Below, in pieces: positions 22,254 through 31,496 of a stretch of DNA of 35,013 bases. The DNA is from Craspedostauros australis (taxonomy: Eukaryota). The number at the start of each line of letters is the position of its first letter. The first letter of the stretch is position 1. The notes under the pieces were generated by a model that was not told where the DNA came from, searched no databases, and worked only from the letters and a program-made list of their open reading frames with translations. Location: assembly GCA_030167865.1 (NCBI GenBank), contig JALAGF010001731.1, positions 1 to 35,013 of the forward strand, read 5' to 3'. Both the position numbers and the translations under genes were made by a program.

Positions 22254-24326
22254 ATGAAGATCAACAAGCTCTCTGTCGCGTTCGGCGTTGCGGCGGCATG
22301 CTTCGTCATCCTGCAGGTCATTTTCATCTCATTCGTCCACGTTCCAGTGACCTCGGTACCCATCTCTGCAGACGCAGCGGGAGGCGATTCCTCGTTGCGG
22401 GAAACGTTGCATGAGTTTGCGAGACCGAAGGCAGAGCAAGATGTTCGAATTCATGATACACACCCAAGCGTCGATTCAAATGCCGGTGGCTATACAAATG
22501 ACAAAGCGGTTGCAACTCGAGACAATGGTATTGGTAGAGGTAGCAACCATGGTGCGAATCAAGACATCAACAAAAATGATCACAATCCCAACCAGAAGCA
22601 CACTGCCATTCTCAAGACAAGCAGATTTGACGAGACCGAAAATACATCACCTTCTCCCAACCCAAAGACTGAAACCAACGATGCGGCTTTGAGACGAGGA
22701 TATCAGCCACAGAATGGTAAAAGCAGCACCGCGCTTCCAGACCGAAACGTGACCACGATGGAAATGAGCACCGCAAAAGGGAGACTGAGTGGCCGGAAGA
22801 AACTCCAGAAAGTCTTGCTTACGCCATCCCCAACAAATGAAAAGGTCATGAGTCTCGGTGCGTCACATTTCCGAAACAAAAGAACAGAAGCAATGGTGGA
22901 CCCAATCATCGCTACCAATCGCAAGGCATTCTTCGGTTCTATTAATGCTGACATAGTCAACGATGGGAGGAAGAAACCGAAGTTCTTCCTGCACATTGGA
23001 CCATCGAAGACGGCTACCACAACAATACAGAAAGATCTGGTCGAGATGTTCAAGCTCAGAGTGCTTCAGCAAGACAATTACGCCTATTGGGGACGCTACG
23101 GAGGCAAAGCCAGGCACAAAGGCATAAAAATCGAACCATTGCGCAAGTTGTTTGAGAATGATTGTCAAAATGATCTCAATTTCTTTCTGTGGAGATACAA
23201 TCGGACCCAGGACGAATCAGTGTCTGGTACCAACATTGGTGGATCCTCTGGCAACGTAACAACACCTTTGGAGGTTCCCGAATGCATCGTCGATGCAAAA
23301 GCAGTGCTTGATGTCTTGCGACTTGACCAGACATCTTTGATCGCAAGCGATGAAGCGCATTCTTACTTCGGCAGGTTTGTCACCTACATGGGAGTTTACA
23401 GAAACCCAAACTTCTTCTCCAACATGCATGCCATCTTCGAAGGATGGGATGTGGTGATCGTGATCGCTTACCGTCGCATGTTCGAATGGATGCTGAGCTG
23501 TGTAAAAGAGACGAATGCGAAGATCGGATTGTACGAAAAATACACGATGCACAGGTGGCCAGCAGAAAGAGGATTGCCAATGCAACAGCCATGGCCACAG
23601 GCTCGAGATTGGACATCAGGCCAAGATTCGACCCATTTCGCAATCAACGGGACCTTGACAGATTCCTACATGTACATGGATGGATCAACCCAGATGTGGA
23701 GAGAAGGAGGCTTCGAAGTCCGCTTTCTCAACGTGCATGCGAAGCGTCACATCACACAGCAGCTTGTGTGTGACATCATCGAGGATGCTCCCAAATCTTG
23801 CAAGTACCTGGAGGGTCGCAGTGAGAATCCGGTTCACAACTCACGTGACATGCAGTGGTACATCTACAACCAGATCATCTATGCTGGTGCCTCACGTTAC
23901 ATCATCGGCAAGGGGGTCCAACGAGAGAAGACCCGCATCCAAGCCACGGATGAGCTGGTGCAGTATCATCAGACTGTGCTGAACAAGACCATCGCCGATC
24001 TTCCGCTGGCCTGTCCCACTGACGATGATCTTGATTCTCTCCTGAACGCATCCTTGCGCATGGAAGAGGAGTGGATGCCGCAATGGTACGCATCACCGCA
24101 GGCGCAAGAGGCACATCGATCATCCTTCCGAAGGCTCGCCTACGACAAGCTCGAGTTTTGCAGCATTGATACGAAGCGGTTGTTCGAAGGTGTGAAGATA
24201 TGGACTGGGTTGCTGGAGGCGTTGAATGAAACGAGCAGCGGTGGATCAGATGGCAGATCGCAGAGAGATTGGTCGATCCATTATGGTTGGGATCACTTTC
24301 GTACCACCACGTACCCAAACAGGTAG
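22254..24326 (+). CDS. Type II membrane sulfotransferase-like protein (P-loop/PAPS-binding fold), 690 aa
   Basis: N-terminal TM (LSVAFGVAAACFVILQVIFISFV) and a polar stem. FFLHIGPSKTATTTIQ resembles the 5'-PSB loop, followed by LIASDE and VVIVIAYRR-x-x-EW-x-x-S (3'-PB-like). The ORF is uninterrupted. Confidence 0.82.
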   Translation: MKINKLSVAFGVAAACFVILQVIFISFVHVPVTSVPISADAAGGDSSLRETLHEFARPKAEQDVRIHDTHPSVDSNAGGYTNDKAVATRDNGIGRGSNHGANQDINKNDHNPNQKHTAILKTSRFDETENTSPSPNPKTETNDAALRRGYQPQNGKSSTALPDRNVTTMEMSTAKGRLSGRKKLQKVLLTPSPTNEKVMSLGASHFRNKRTEAMVDPIIATNRKAFFGSINADIVNDGRKKPKFFLHIGPSKTATTTIQKDLVEMFKLRVLQQDNYAYWGRYGGKARHKGIKIEPLRKLFENDCQNDLNFFLWRYNRTQDESVSGTNIGGSSGNVTTPLEVPECIVDAKAVLDVLRLDQTSLIASDEAHSYFGRFVTYMGVYRNPNFFSNMHAIFEGWDVVIVIAYRRMFEWMLSCVKETNAKIGLYEKYTMHRWPAERGLPMQQPWPQARDWTSGQDSTHFAINGTLTDSYMYMDGSTQMWREGGFEVRFLNVHAKRHITQQLVCDIIEDAPKSCKYLEGRSENPVHNSRDMQWYIYNQIIYAGASRYIIGKGVQREKTRIQATDELVQYHQTVLNKTIADLPLACPTDDDLDSLLNASLRMEEEWMPQWYASPQAQEAHRSSFRRLAYDKLEFCSIDTKRLFEGVKIWTGLLEALNETSSGGSDGRSQRDWSIHYGWDHFRTTTYPNR

Positions 24327-24712
24327 AGCAGAGTGATGCCGTTTGTGAGGATGGTCACAGTAGCGGCAATAGCGACTGCGATGAAGGCGATGCCTCTTTG
24401 CACCACTTGTCTTCGAAACGGGTCACCATTCGTATGGACGATCGATGAATAGAGCACGTGGGCTACCGCATTGGTGGCGTTCTAATTGTGTGATAGTGTG
24501 ATAGTGTGGTGTTATTGATGACATTCCTCTCCTCGTCTGGATGCTCTCTCTCTCTCTCTTCAGAGAGTATGAGAGAGTATTGAATGATAATGATGGTCAT
24601 GGATGGCGGAGTTGGATCGTCAGCATTTGTGTTTTGTGTGAGTTGCATCGCCTGGCGTTCTGTGATTGTCCGTGAAATACACACATGTAATACTTATTGG
24701 CCTCAACGGCTT
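24282..24712 (+). repeat. 431-bp direct repeat, copy B
   Basis: Partner of 20745-21175. It overlaps the sulfotransferase stop codon and ends ~315 nt upstream of the silicanin ATG. Confidence 0.95.
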
Positions 24713-25026
24713 GAGTATGGCGTGTTTGCTCAATGAGTGTCCACGTCTCCTATTGGCGACACTTTGAAGTATTCACGCATGAATACATTTATCATGGATC
24801 GACGAATCGTGCCACACGCGCGCACCGTGGAACATTGGCTTTCGGATGGAGCTTGCGACAACCAAACAAATCTGGGAACAACCGCACGGCAACAACACTG
24901 ATGTGTGGCGGCACTCGAACGAACGAGAAACACAAGAGACGAGCACCCACAACCAAGAAGAGATCAGCTGTGTTGATCCATTCCATCACAATCCCAATTG
25001 ACGCCAACATCAGAAGACACACCACC

Positions 25027-26604
25027 ATGTTCGCCCGTGCCTTCCCAATCCTCGCCGCCTCGCTGATGCTTCCTTTGGTTGCCGCCGCATCAGGCAAGCT
25101 CAAGGCACCCGCAGCCCTCAACACCCACTCGTCTGCTGGTCAGAGCCTCATGTCGAAGGCCCGTGCTTTGGACAATAACAATGACAACCAATATTAGTAA
25201 GTGTCGGACTGCGGCGGATTGATCCATGCGGTCATTGGCTGATCGATTGACTGATTGATTGATTGATTGATTGATGGATGGATGGATGGATGGATGTAGT
25301 AACGAGGAAGACACATTGCGTGTGGCGAGTGCGATGACCATCCATGCTGTGCATCTGCAGATGGAGAACTAACACCGCCACTTCCTCATTCATCGTCTCA
25401 ACTTGTCGTTCGCGCACCCAACCGAGCACAGCAACTGGATCGCCAAGTACTCCGTGAAGTTCGACGGATGCACCGCCATCCCTGAATTCGAGAAGGATGA
25501 AGGACTTCGCACGCGCATGCTTGCCAAGTTCCGCCTGTGCCCAACCGGTTCGTGCAACTCGTGCCCACGAAGCGGCGAGTACGTTGTGGAGATGCGTGAG
25601 TTCGTCGAGGCCGTCCGCGATGCCAAGCTGGAGGCGCAGGAGTACAACTGTGAGGTCCAGGAGGAGGCCTGCGAGTACACTTGCCAAAACGAGGCTTACA
25701 ACTACAACTACGATGGAAACAACAACGGCGACAACGGCGATGGGAACAACAACAACGGATATGACGAGGAGACCTGCATCTACAACTGCATGTAAGTATG
25801 GCATGGCGGTCACATGAATTGGCTGCTGGTGACACGACGTGCAACCGATGCGTGTATACAAGAGCGTGTCTACTCACACATGGAATCCCTCATTGACTTT
25901 TATTGCCGATACACGCGCGTGGACACTCATAACTGCTTGATTGCATTCACAGGATTAACAACGGTATGAGCTACTGCCAGCAGGATGAGAACGAAGACAT
26001 GAACTACGAGGAGTTCATGGAGTGCCGCGCCCTCGAGAACGACAACGACAACAACAACAACAACGCGTACTACTACAACAACAATAACAACAACTACCAG
26101 CAGTACTACCAGGGCGCATACTGCAACGGAAAGGGTGTGTTCATCGACCTCTTCACCGACAGCACGTGCACCAGCCGCGCTCCATCCGGAACCTACGAGA
26201 AGATGTTCGGCTACTCCCTGCCCACCGACCCAGTCGTCGACTACGAGTGCATCAGCTGCAAGGAGGAGGCCGACCAGGACGAGAACAACCAGTACGGCAA
26301 CGACTACTACGACCAGGACGAGGTCTCCGACTTCTGCGAGAAGCTGTACGAAGAGGCTGGACACTGCGAGCGCAACATGGACAGCTCCGTCAACATGTAC
26401 CCCGATGAGTCCGCCTGCGAGATGATCCACTCGACCCTGACCAAGCTGAACCGCGCCGTCACGGGACGAGGGGCCAGCACCGCCGTCGCCTTCGCATGGT
26501 TGTTCGGAATCGCCTGCGTTCTGCTCGTCTTGTACGTCTCGTACCTCCACAAGAAGATGGGACGCAAGCTCAACCTGTCCGAGAGCACCGGTGTCGCTGC
26601 CTAA
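25027..26604 (+). CDS. Silicanin (Sin1-family) silica deposition vesicle membrane protein; exons 25027-25196, 25432-25791, 25953-26604, ~393 aa
   Basis: Signal peptide MFARAFPILAASLMLPLVAAA and RXL site (KARAL). N/D/Y-rich luminal domain with 18 Cys (counted), including WIAKYSVKFDGC, FRLCP..SC and GEYVVEM. One C-terminal TM (AVAFAWLFGIACVLLVLYVSYL) and a ~18-aa tail. Two phase-2 GT-AG introns (GTAAGT at 25197 and 25792; acceptors 25431, 25952) restore a single frame. This architecture matches Thalassiosira pseudonana silicanin-1; orthology to Sin1 itself is not established. Confidence 0.88.
25238..25296. repeat. Compound (GATT)n(GATG)n microsatellite in silicanin intron 1
   Basis: tgattgattgattgattgattgatggatggatggatggatggatg read directly. 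Confidence 0.9.
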
Positions 26605-26930
26605 ACTTCATGCCTGCATGAATATCCAGCGCATCGCAACGGAGAGCACCACACCACAAATCGTTACCTTGGGGGAAACTGCGACAACAGCAATGATAAT
26701 AATAACAACAACAACAATATCTGGAACAAGTAATGACAAGTACACTCTGTTTATGGACCAGCGCGTGTGCAATCTGCTTCTGCTATGATATTCCTTCACC
26801 TTGTTGCTGCTGCAAACATGGCGCTGATTGAAATCCCCACACATGTGTGTTCCCCACTCTACGCAGAACGAGTAGACTGAGTGAATCGCATGAGTCGAGA
26901 GCAGGATCTTGTGGCGAGTTGGTGTTGGCG

Positions 26931-29282
26931 ATGATGTTTTGGCACGCAGTTTGGCAATGCGCCGAAATCGCACAATTGCTGATCGGATCGTATCACAACA
27001 AACCGACACAAAACAAAGTAACACAGACCAAGCAAGAGAGCAAGCAAGAGAGCAAGCATCGACCACATCCTGCCACACAAGACAGCACCATTGTAGACAC
27101 CATTGTAGACCAAATACCAACGCAACCACATCGTCTGATTCCGTCGTTGACATCGGGATCGCATCAGGAAGCAGCAGGCACCATCACGTCCTCCAACACC
27201 CCCAGCACGACCACCGGCGCCACGAGTTCCATCCACGGCAGCAGTATCAGCGGCAGCAGCAAGAAGCCCATCGCAGCATCATCATCATCATCATCATCGA
27301 AGGGCAAGGAGGCTGCATCTTCTGCGGACGTTGCTCCATCCTCCAACAGTAACAGCAACAGTACTCAGAGCAACAGTAACAACAGCAACAACGACAGCAA
27401 CAGCAACATCCTGCAACGGCGCTCACGGCGCTCGAGAAAGCCCATCATCGCGCCAGGCTTTGGCACTGCCGAGGATCTGGAACGACTCGCCTCCGAGCTG
27501 GGCGGTGGACTGACGACGGAGGTCGTAACGGAAGTCATGGCCAGCCAGGGACGCGGCATCCGTCGCACGCGGCGCAGCGCGGCTGCGGACGATGAGGCTT
27601 CTGCGGCGGCCTCCGCGCCGACGTCCAATGCCTGGGCCTCCTTCATGGAGGAGGAAGGCGTCGATGGCGCCAACGCATCCTCCATGGACCACGCCTCGTC
27701 CACCAGGGGATCGGCGTCGGCCGGTGGCGGCACTGGCAATGGCATGGCCGCGGAGGAGGACCACGATGACAACGACTACGACTACGACCTCACCACGCTG
27801 CAGCTCGCCTCTCTGGGCGCCGCCAAGCCAGCGGCAAGCGCCTCGCGTCCCGCCAAGAAGGCCAAGACCGCCAAGGCCTTCGGAACGCTGGTGCACATCG
27901 GCACGCTGGACTCCACCGCCGTCGGCCGCAAGCCCAAGGGATTCAAGGTCAACGACATCACCAACCCCACCATGCTCAAGATCCCCACGGTCCTGCTGCC
28001 CAAGATCGCCATCACCAACGTCATCGCGTCCGTCAGCGGCGCCCACGCCATGGCCATCGACTCGGCCCGCCAGATCTACGGCTGGGGACGCAACGAGCTC
28101 GATCAGCTCACATCCTCGCTGCCCAAGCCCACGGTCCCCACGCCCACCCTTCTGCCAGGCGTCACCAAGCCCGTCGTGGCCGCTGCCGTCGGCAAGTCAC
28201 ACTCCGTCCTGCTGCACGCGGACGGCACCCTGTCGGCCGTCGGCTCCAACAAGGTGGGCCAGTGCGGCATGCGGGAATCCATGGACAGCGTGCGCTCCTT
28301 CAAGCCGCCCATCGTGCCGGATGGCGTCCTCATGGCCAGGATCTCCTGCGGCGAAGACTTCACCATGGCGTTGGACACGGACGGCAAGCTCTATTCGGCA
28401 GGCAGCTCGGAGTTCGGTCAGCTGGGGAACGGGGAGACGGGCGAGTACTTCGTCGCGGCCAACAAGCTGGCCTTCGTCAACTCATACAGATTCGTGCGCC
28501 GATCCGTCTTTCATTACGAGGAACCGGGCAGCGCGTCGGCCTCGTCGCGCAACAAGGTAGTCGCCAAGACGGTCCAGATCCCCAAGTCCTCCGAGATCCG
28601 CCTCAGCGAAATTGGATGCGGCAGGCATCACACCTTGGCCGTCGAAGCACCTCGCGTCAAGGTCGTCGACGGCGAAACGGATGCCACCAAGACCCTGCCG
28701 CCGCGCGTCTTCACATGGGGCAGCGGCAACTACGGATGCCTGGGACATGGTCGCCAGGCGGACGAGTACTTCCCGCGCATGATCCAGCTGCCGGGCTACC
28801 TCCCCGGCCTCCGCGTCGCCAAGGTCTTCGCCGGTACCTCCTGCTCCCTCCTCATCACGGACAGCGACACGGACGACCCCCACATATCCGGGGGCCACGT
28901 CTACTACTGGGGCAAGCACCGCTCGAACCAGGAGGCCGCCATGCGCCCCACGGTCGTCAACGAGCTCGCCAACAACGGACACGTCGTCACGCACGTCGGC
29001 TGCGCCAGCACCATGGTCGCCGCCACGACGACGCTGGGCGACACTGTCGTGTGGGGGCAGGGCATCGCCGGCGAGTTCCACATGACGTCCGACGATGACA
29101 ACCAAACCACGAAACGGCAGGCGTCGTCCTCGCGTCCCACCTTCTGCATGCAAAATCGCAAGTGTCTAGATCTCACGTGCGGGCAGGGCAGTCTCATTGC
29201 GGTCGTCGAAGATGAGACGGGTCTGCCCGTCGTCGATACGAAGGCCGTCTACGAACGGTTGGGTGTCGACATGCCGGAGTGA
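26931..29282 (+). CDS. RCC2: RCC1-repeat beta-propeller protein, RCC2/TD-60-like; start uncertain (ATG 26931/26934 or 27537)
   Basis: Repeats YGWGRNELDQL, AVGKSHSVLL, SCGEDFTMAL..GKLYSAGSSEFGQLG, GCGRHHTL and VFTWGSGNYGCLGHG..DE..PR. The G-[EK]-[YF]-x-x-A-x-[KR] insert after GQLG and the EAAMRP segment recall RCC2 rather than RCC1. S/N-rich N-terminus. Confidence 0.8.
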   Translation: MMFWHAVWQCAEIAQLLIGSYHNKPTQNKVTQTKQESKQESKHRPHPATQDSTIVDTIVDQIPTQPHRLIPSLTSGSHQEAAGTITSSNTPSTTTGATSSIHGSSISGSSKKPIAASSSSSSSKGKEAASSADVAPSSNSNSNSTQSNSNNSNNDSNSNILQRRSRRSRKPIIAPGFGTAEDLERLASELGGGLTTEVVTEVMASQGRGIRRTRRSAAADDEASAAASAPTSNAWASFMEEEGVDGANASSMDHASSTRGSASAGGGTGNGMAAEEDHDDNDYDYDLTTLQLASLGAAKPAASASRPAKKAKTAKAFGTLVHIGTLDSTAVGRKPKGFKVNDITNPTMLKIPTVLLPKIAITNVIASVSGAHAMAIDSARQIYGWGRNELDQLTSSLPKPTVPTPTLLPGVTKPVVAAAVGKSHSVLLHADGTLSAVGSNKVGQCGMRESMDSVRSFKPPIVPDGVLMARISCGEDFTMALDTDGKLYSAGSSEFGQLGNGETGEYFVAANKLAFVNSYRFVRRSVFHYEEPGSASASSRNKVVAKTVQIPKSSEIRLSEIGCGRHHTLAVEAPRVKVVDGETDATKTLPPRVFTWGSGNYGCLGHGRQADEYFPRMIQLPGYLPGLRVAKVFAGTSCSLLITDSDTDDPHISGGHVYYWGKHRSNQEAAMRPTVVNELANNGHVVTHVGCASTMVAATTTLGDTVVWGQGIAGEFHMTSDDDNQTTKRQASSSRPTFCMQNRKCLDLTCGQGSLIAVVEDETGLPVVDTKAVYERLGVDMPE

Positions 29283-29619
29283 GTTCATAACGTACGGGCG
29301 TGACAATACTATACTCAACGAGCCTCTAGAGAGACATACAGCGTATTGCAGCGTTATGGCGCAGTACAGCATTAACAGGGAACTATCCACTTTACTTTAC
29401 TTGAGTTCGACGAGGATTTGGTGGGACAACCGTCTCGTATTCTACAATAGATCCGCGTGTTTAGAGATTCATCTCTGCTCTGCTCGATCTGTGTGGATGT
29501 TGGCCGCGACATTTTCGGATCCAAGGATCGGTCACCGGTGCTGAAAGTGTGATTGATGGGAGACTCGACTTGGCTCATTCGCGGCAAACAGAGGTTACCC
29601 CGCTCTCACTTGCTGCCTT

Positions 29620-29650
29620 ACTGTGACTACACTGTGACTACACTGTGACT
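29620..29650. repeat. 11-bp tandem repeat (ACTGTGACTAC)x~3
   Basis: actgtgactacactgtgactacactgtgact read directly. Confidence 0.8.
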
Positions 29651-29907
29651 GACAATGATGCAGTATGATACCATGTGAAGGTGTTCACAGGCAGGGCACA
29701 CTTCGTATCGGGAGCATTCGTAGCTTCTGCGATCCTGTTGCCATCACACAGCCAAACCGGTGGTCTGCGGTCATCCTGTGATCACGATGCATTTCATCAT
29801 ATTCGTTGGCTCACAACTTCAAAATTCGACAACACAAAAGCACCCCAAAACACAACATCCAACCCACCAACCACAAAGTACTCTCAACAACAAGCGCCAT
29901 CAGCAGT

Positions 29908-30984
29908 ATGAAGTCCGCAACCATTTCCTCGCTCCTCCTTCCTCTTCTCGTGACCACCGCACAACAGACCCATGCCATGCCATCGGACCCCGTCCCTTGC
30001 GCAACAGACGACGACTGCTCCAGCAGCGCCTGGTGCCGCCCCACGGATCTCATTAAAACAAACAAGGTATGCGTGGCATACCTGCAAGAAGGAGACAGCT
30101 GCGGCGGATTCTTCCCTTTCTGGTTGCGCAACAAGTGCCATCCGCTGACAACATGCATCCCCGATGACGAGAGGAAAGGCGACAGCGTCGGAACGTGCGT
30201 GGCAAACATCATCACGCCGGGACCCGATATGCGATTCCAGGAGATGGCCGTCGACAGTCTCAAGGATTGTCTGATCGCGGCCGTGCATAATGACGAATCC
30301 ACGACGACTGCTGACGATCTGGACATGTCGGCGCTGCTGCAGATCGCGACGTTCGAAGTCACGACGACGTCCTGCGGTGATATCGGTGTGGAATTCGACT
30401 CTGCCCACGTGCGCGTGTTGCGACGGTCTGGCGCAGAAGTTCTCGCCGAAGTGCAATACGACTGCGATGGTAATGAGGTCTCTCCGCAGTGCAACGTCTC
30501 CGAAGATGTCGCATCGGAAGACTCTGTCGAGACTGATAGCGACTCTGTCGAGACTGATAGCGATTCTGATGAGAATGACAGCGATTCTACCGAGAATGAC
30601 AGTGACTCTATCGAGAACGACATCGATGAGAACGATGAAAGCGACGAATCGACAACCTCCAGCAACTTGGAGGCTAGCACAAACGATGAACTATCCGACG
30701 ATGCAATTGTTGGTTTGATCGTCGCCGCTGGCGTGTTGGGAGTTGGCATCGTGGTGGCTCTTGTGTACTGCATGGGAAAGAAACCCAACAACAACCTCGC
30801 AGCAGCAGGCGGCAAGGCATCCGATGCTGGAACCAACTCGGACGGGAGCAACAACGACAACGACAACAGCGACGGCAATGATGATGATAATGACGACGAA
30901 GACGAGGAGATGGAGCCGGTTGATCTCGAGATGGGCGGTGGGATCGACACACCCCTGGAGGCGGTTTGTGTCGCAAGAAATTGA
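29908..30984 (+). CDS. Type I membrane protein: signal peptide, 8-Cys module, D/S/E heptad repeats, TM, acidic tail; 358 aa
   Basis: MKSATISSLLLPLLVTTAQQTHA signal; CATDDDC..WCR..C..EGDSCGG..C..C..GTC module; DSVETDS-type repeats; TM AIVGLIVAAGVLGVGIVVALVYCM followed by GKK; AT-rich 3' end after 31020. Confidence 0.85.
   Translation: MKSATISSLLLPLLVTTAQQTHAMPSDPVPCATDDDCSSSAWCRPTDLIKTNKVCVAYLQEGDSCGGFFPFWLRNKCHPLTTCIPDDERKGDSVGTCVANIITPGPDMRFQEMAVDSLKDCLIAAVHNDESTTTADDLDMSALLQIATFEVTTTSCGDIGVEFDSAHVRVLRRSGAEVLAEVQYDCDGNEVSPQCNVSEDVASEDSVETDSDSVETDSDSDENDSDSTENDSDSIENDIDENDESDESTTSSNLEASTNDELSDDAIVGLIVAAGVLGVGIVVALVYCMGKKPNNNLAAAGGKASDAGTNSDGSNNDNDNSDGNDDDNDDEDEEMEPVDLEMGGGIDTPLEAVCVARN
30520..30624 (+). 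repeat. Coding 21-bp minisatellite, 5 degenerate units (DSVETDS DSVETDS DSDENDS DSTENDS DSIENDI)
   Basis: gactctgtcgagactgatagc x2, then gattctgatgagaatgacagc, gattctaccgagaatgacagt and gactctatcgagaacgacatc. Confidence 0.9.
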
Positions 30985-31496
30985 TGCATGGCATGTGCAC
31001 GGGAAATATCGAAGGTTGCACATTCCAGTGCAATACAAATTCATAAAATTCATACGATAATACGATAGATAGAAACATTGCAGGTACTCTGATAGAGTCT
31101 GCGCATGCGTTGATTTTCAACACGTGTAGCCATGGCTAGACTAGATGTACGTAGATTTCGTATTTGAACACTCGCGACCCAGTCGACACGACATCTCGTG
31201 ATTGAACGAGGACATCTCATGTTCCACGAACCGATTTCTTTTGTTTGAGATTTTTTTGATCACAGAGGAGAACAAGAAAGTGTTGAAATCCACGCTGATG
31301 TCACCGCACACACAATCTGCATAGCACCTCCACATTGCACATTCCCACCTCTTCCATCCACACAAAAGATCGCAACTGTCATACTACTATTATACGATCT
31401 ACTTGTACCCTCCACCTTGCAAGTGCCTGCAAGTGCCACACATCCCTGGTCTCGCCCGTAGAGATCTGAACCTCCACCCGAACAGACGACGCGACC

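Noticed and set aside
27592..29153. Long alternative-frame ORFs inside the RCC2-like gene
   Set aside because: Consequence of very high GC3; P/R-rich translations without meaning.
29811..30989. 392-aa minus-strand ORF covering the whole acidic membrane protein gene
   Set aside because: In-register antisense shadow (S/L-rich mirror of D/E/N codons). The plus strand has a coherent signal-domain-TM architecture.
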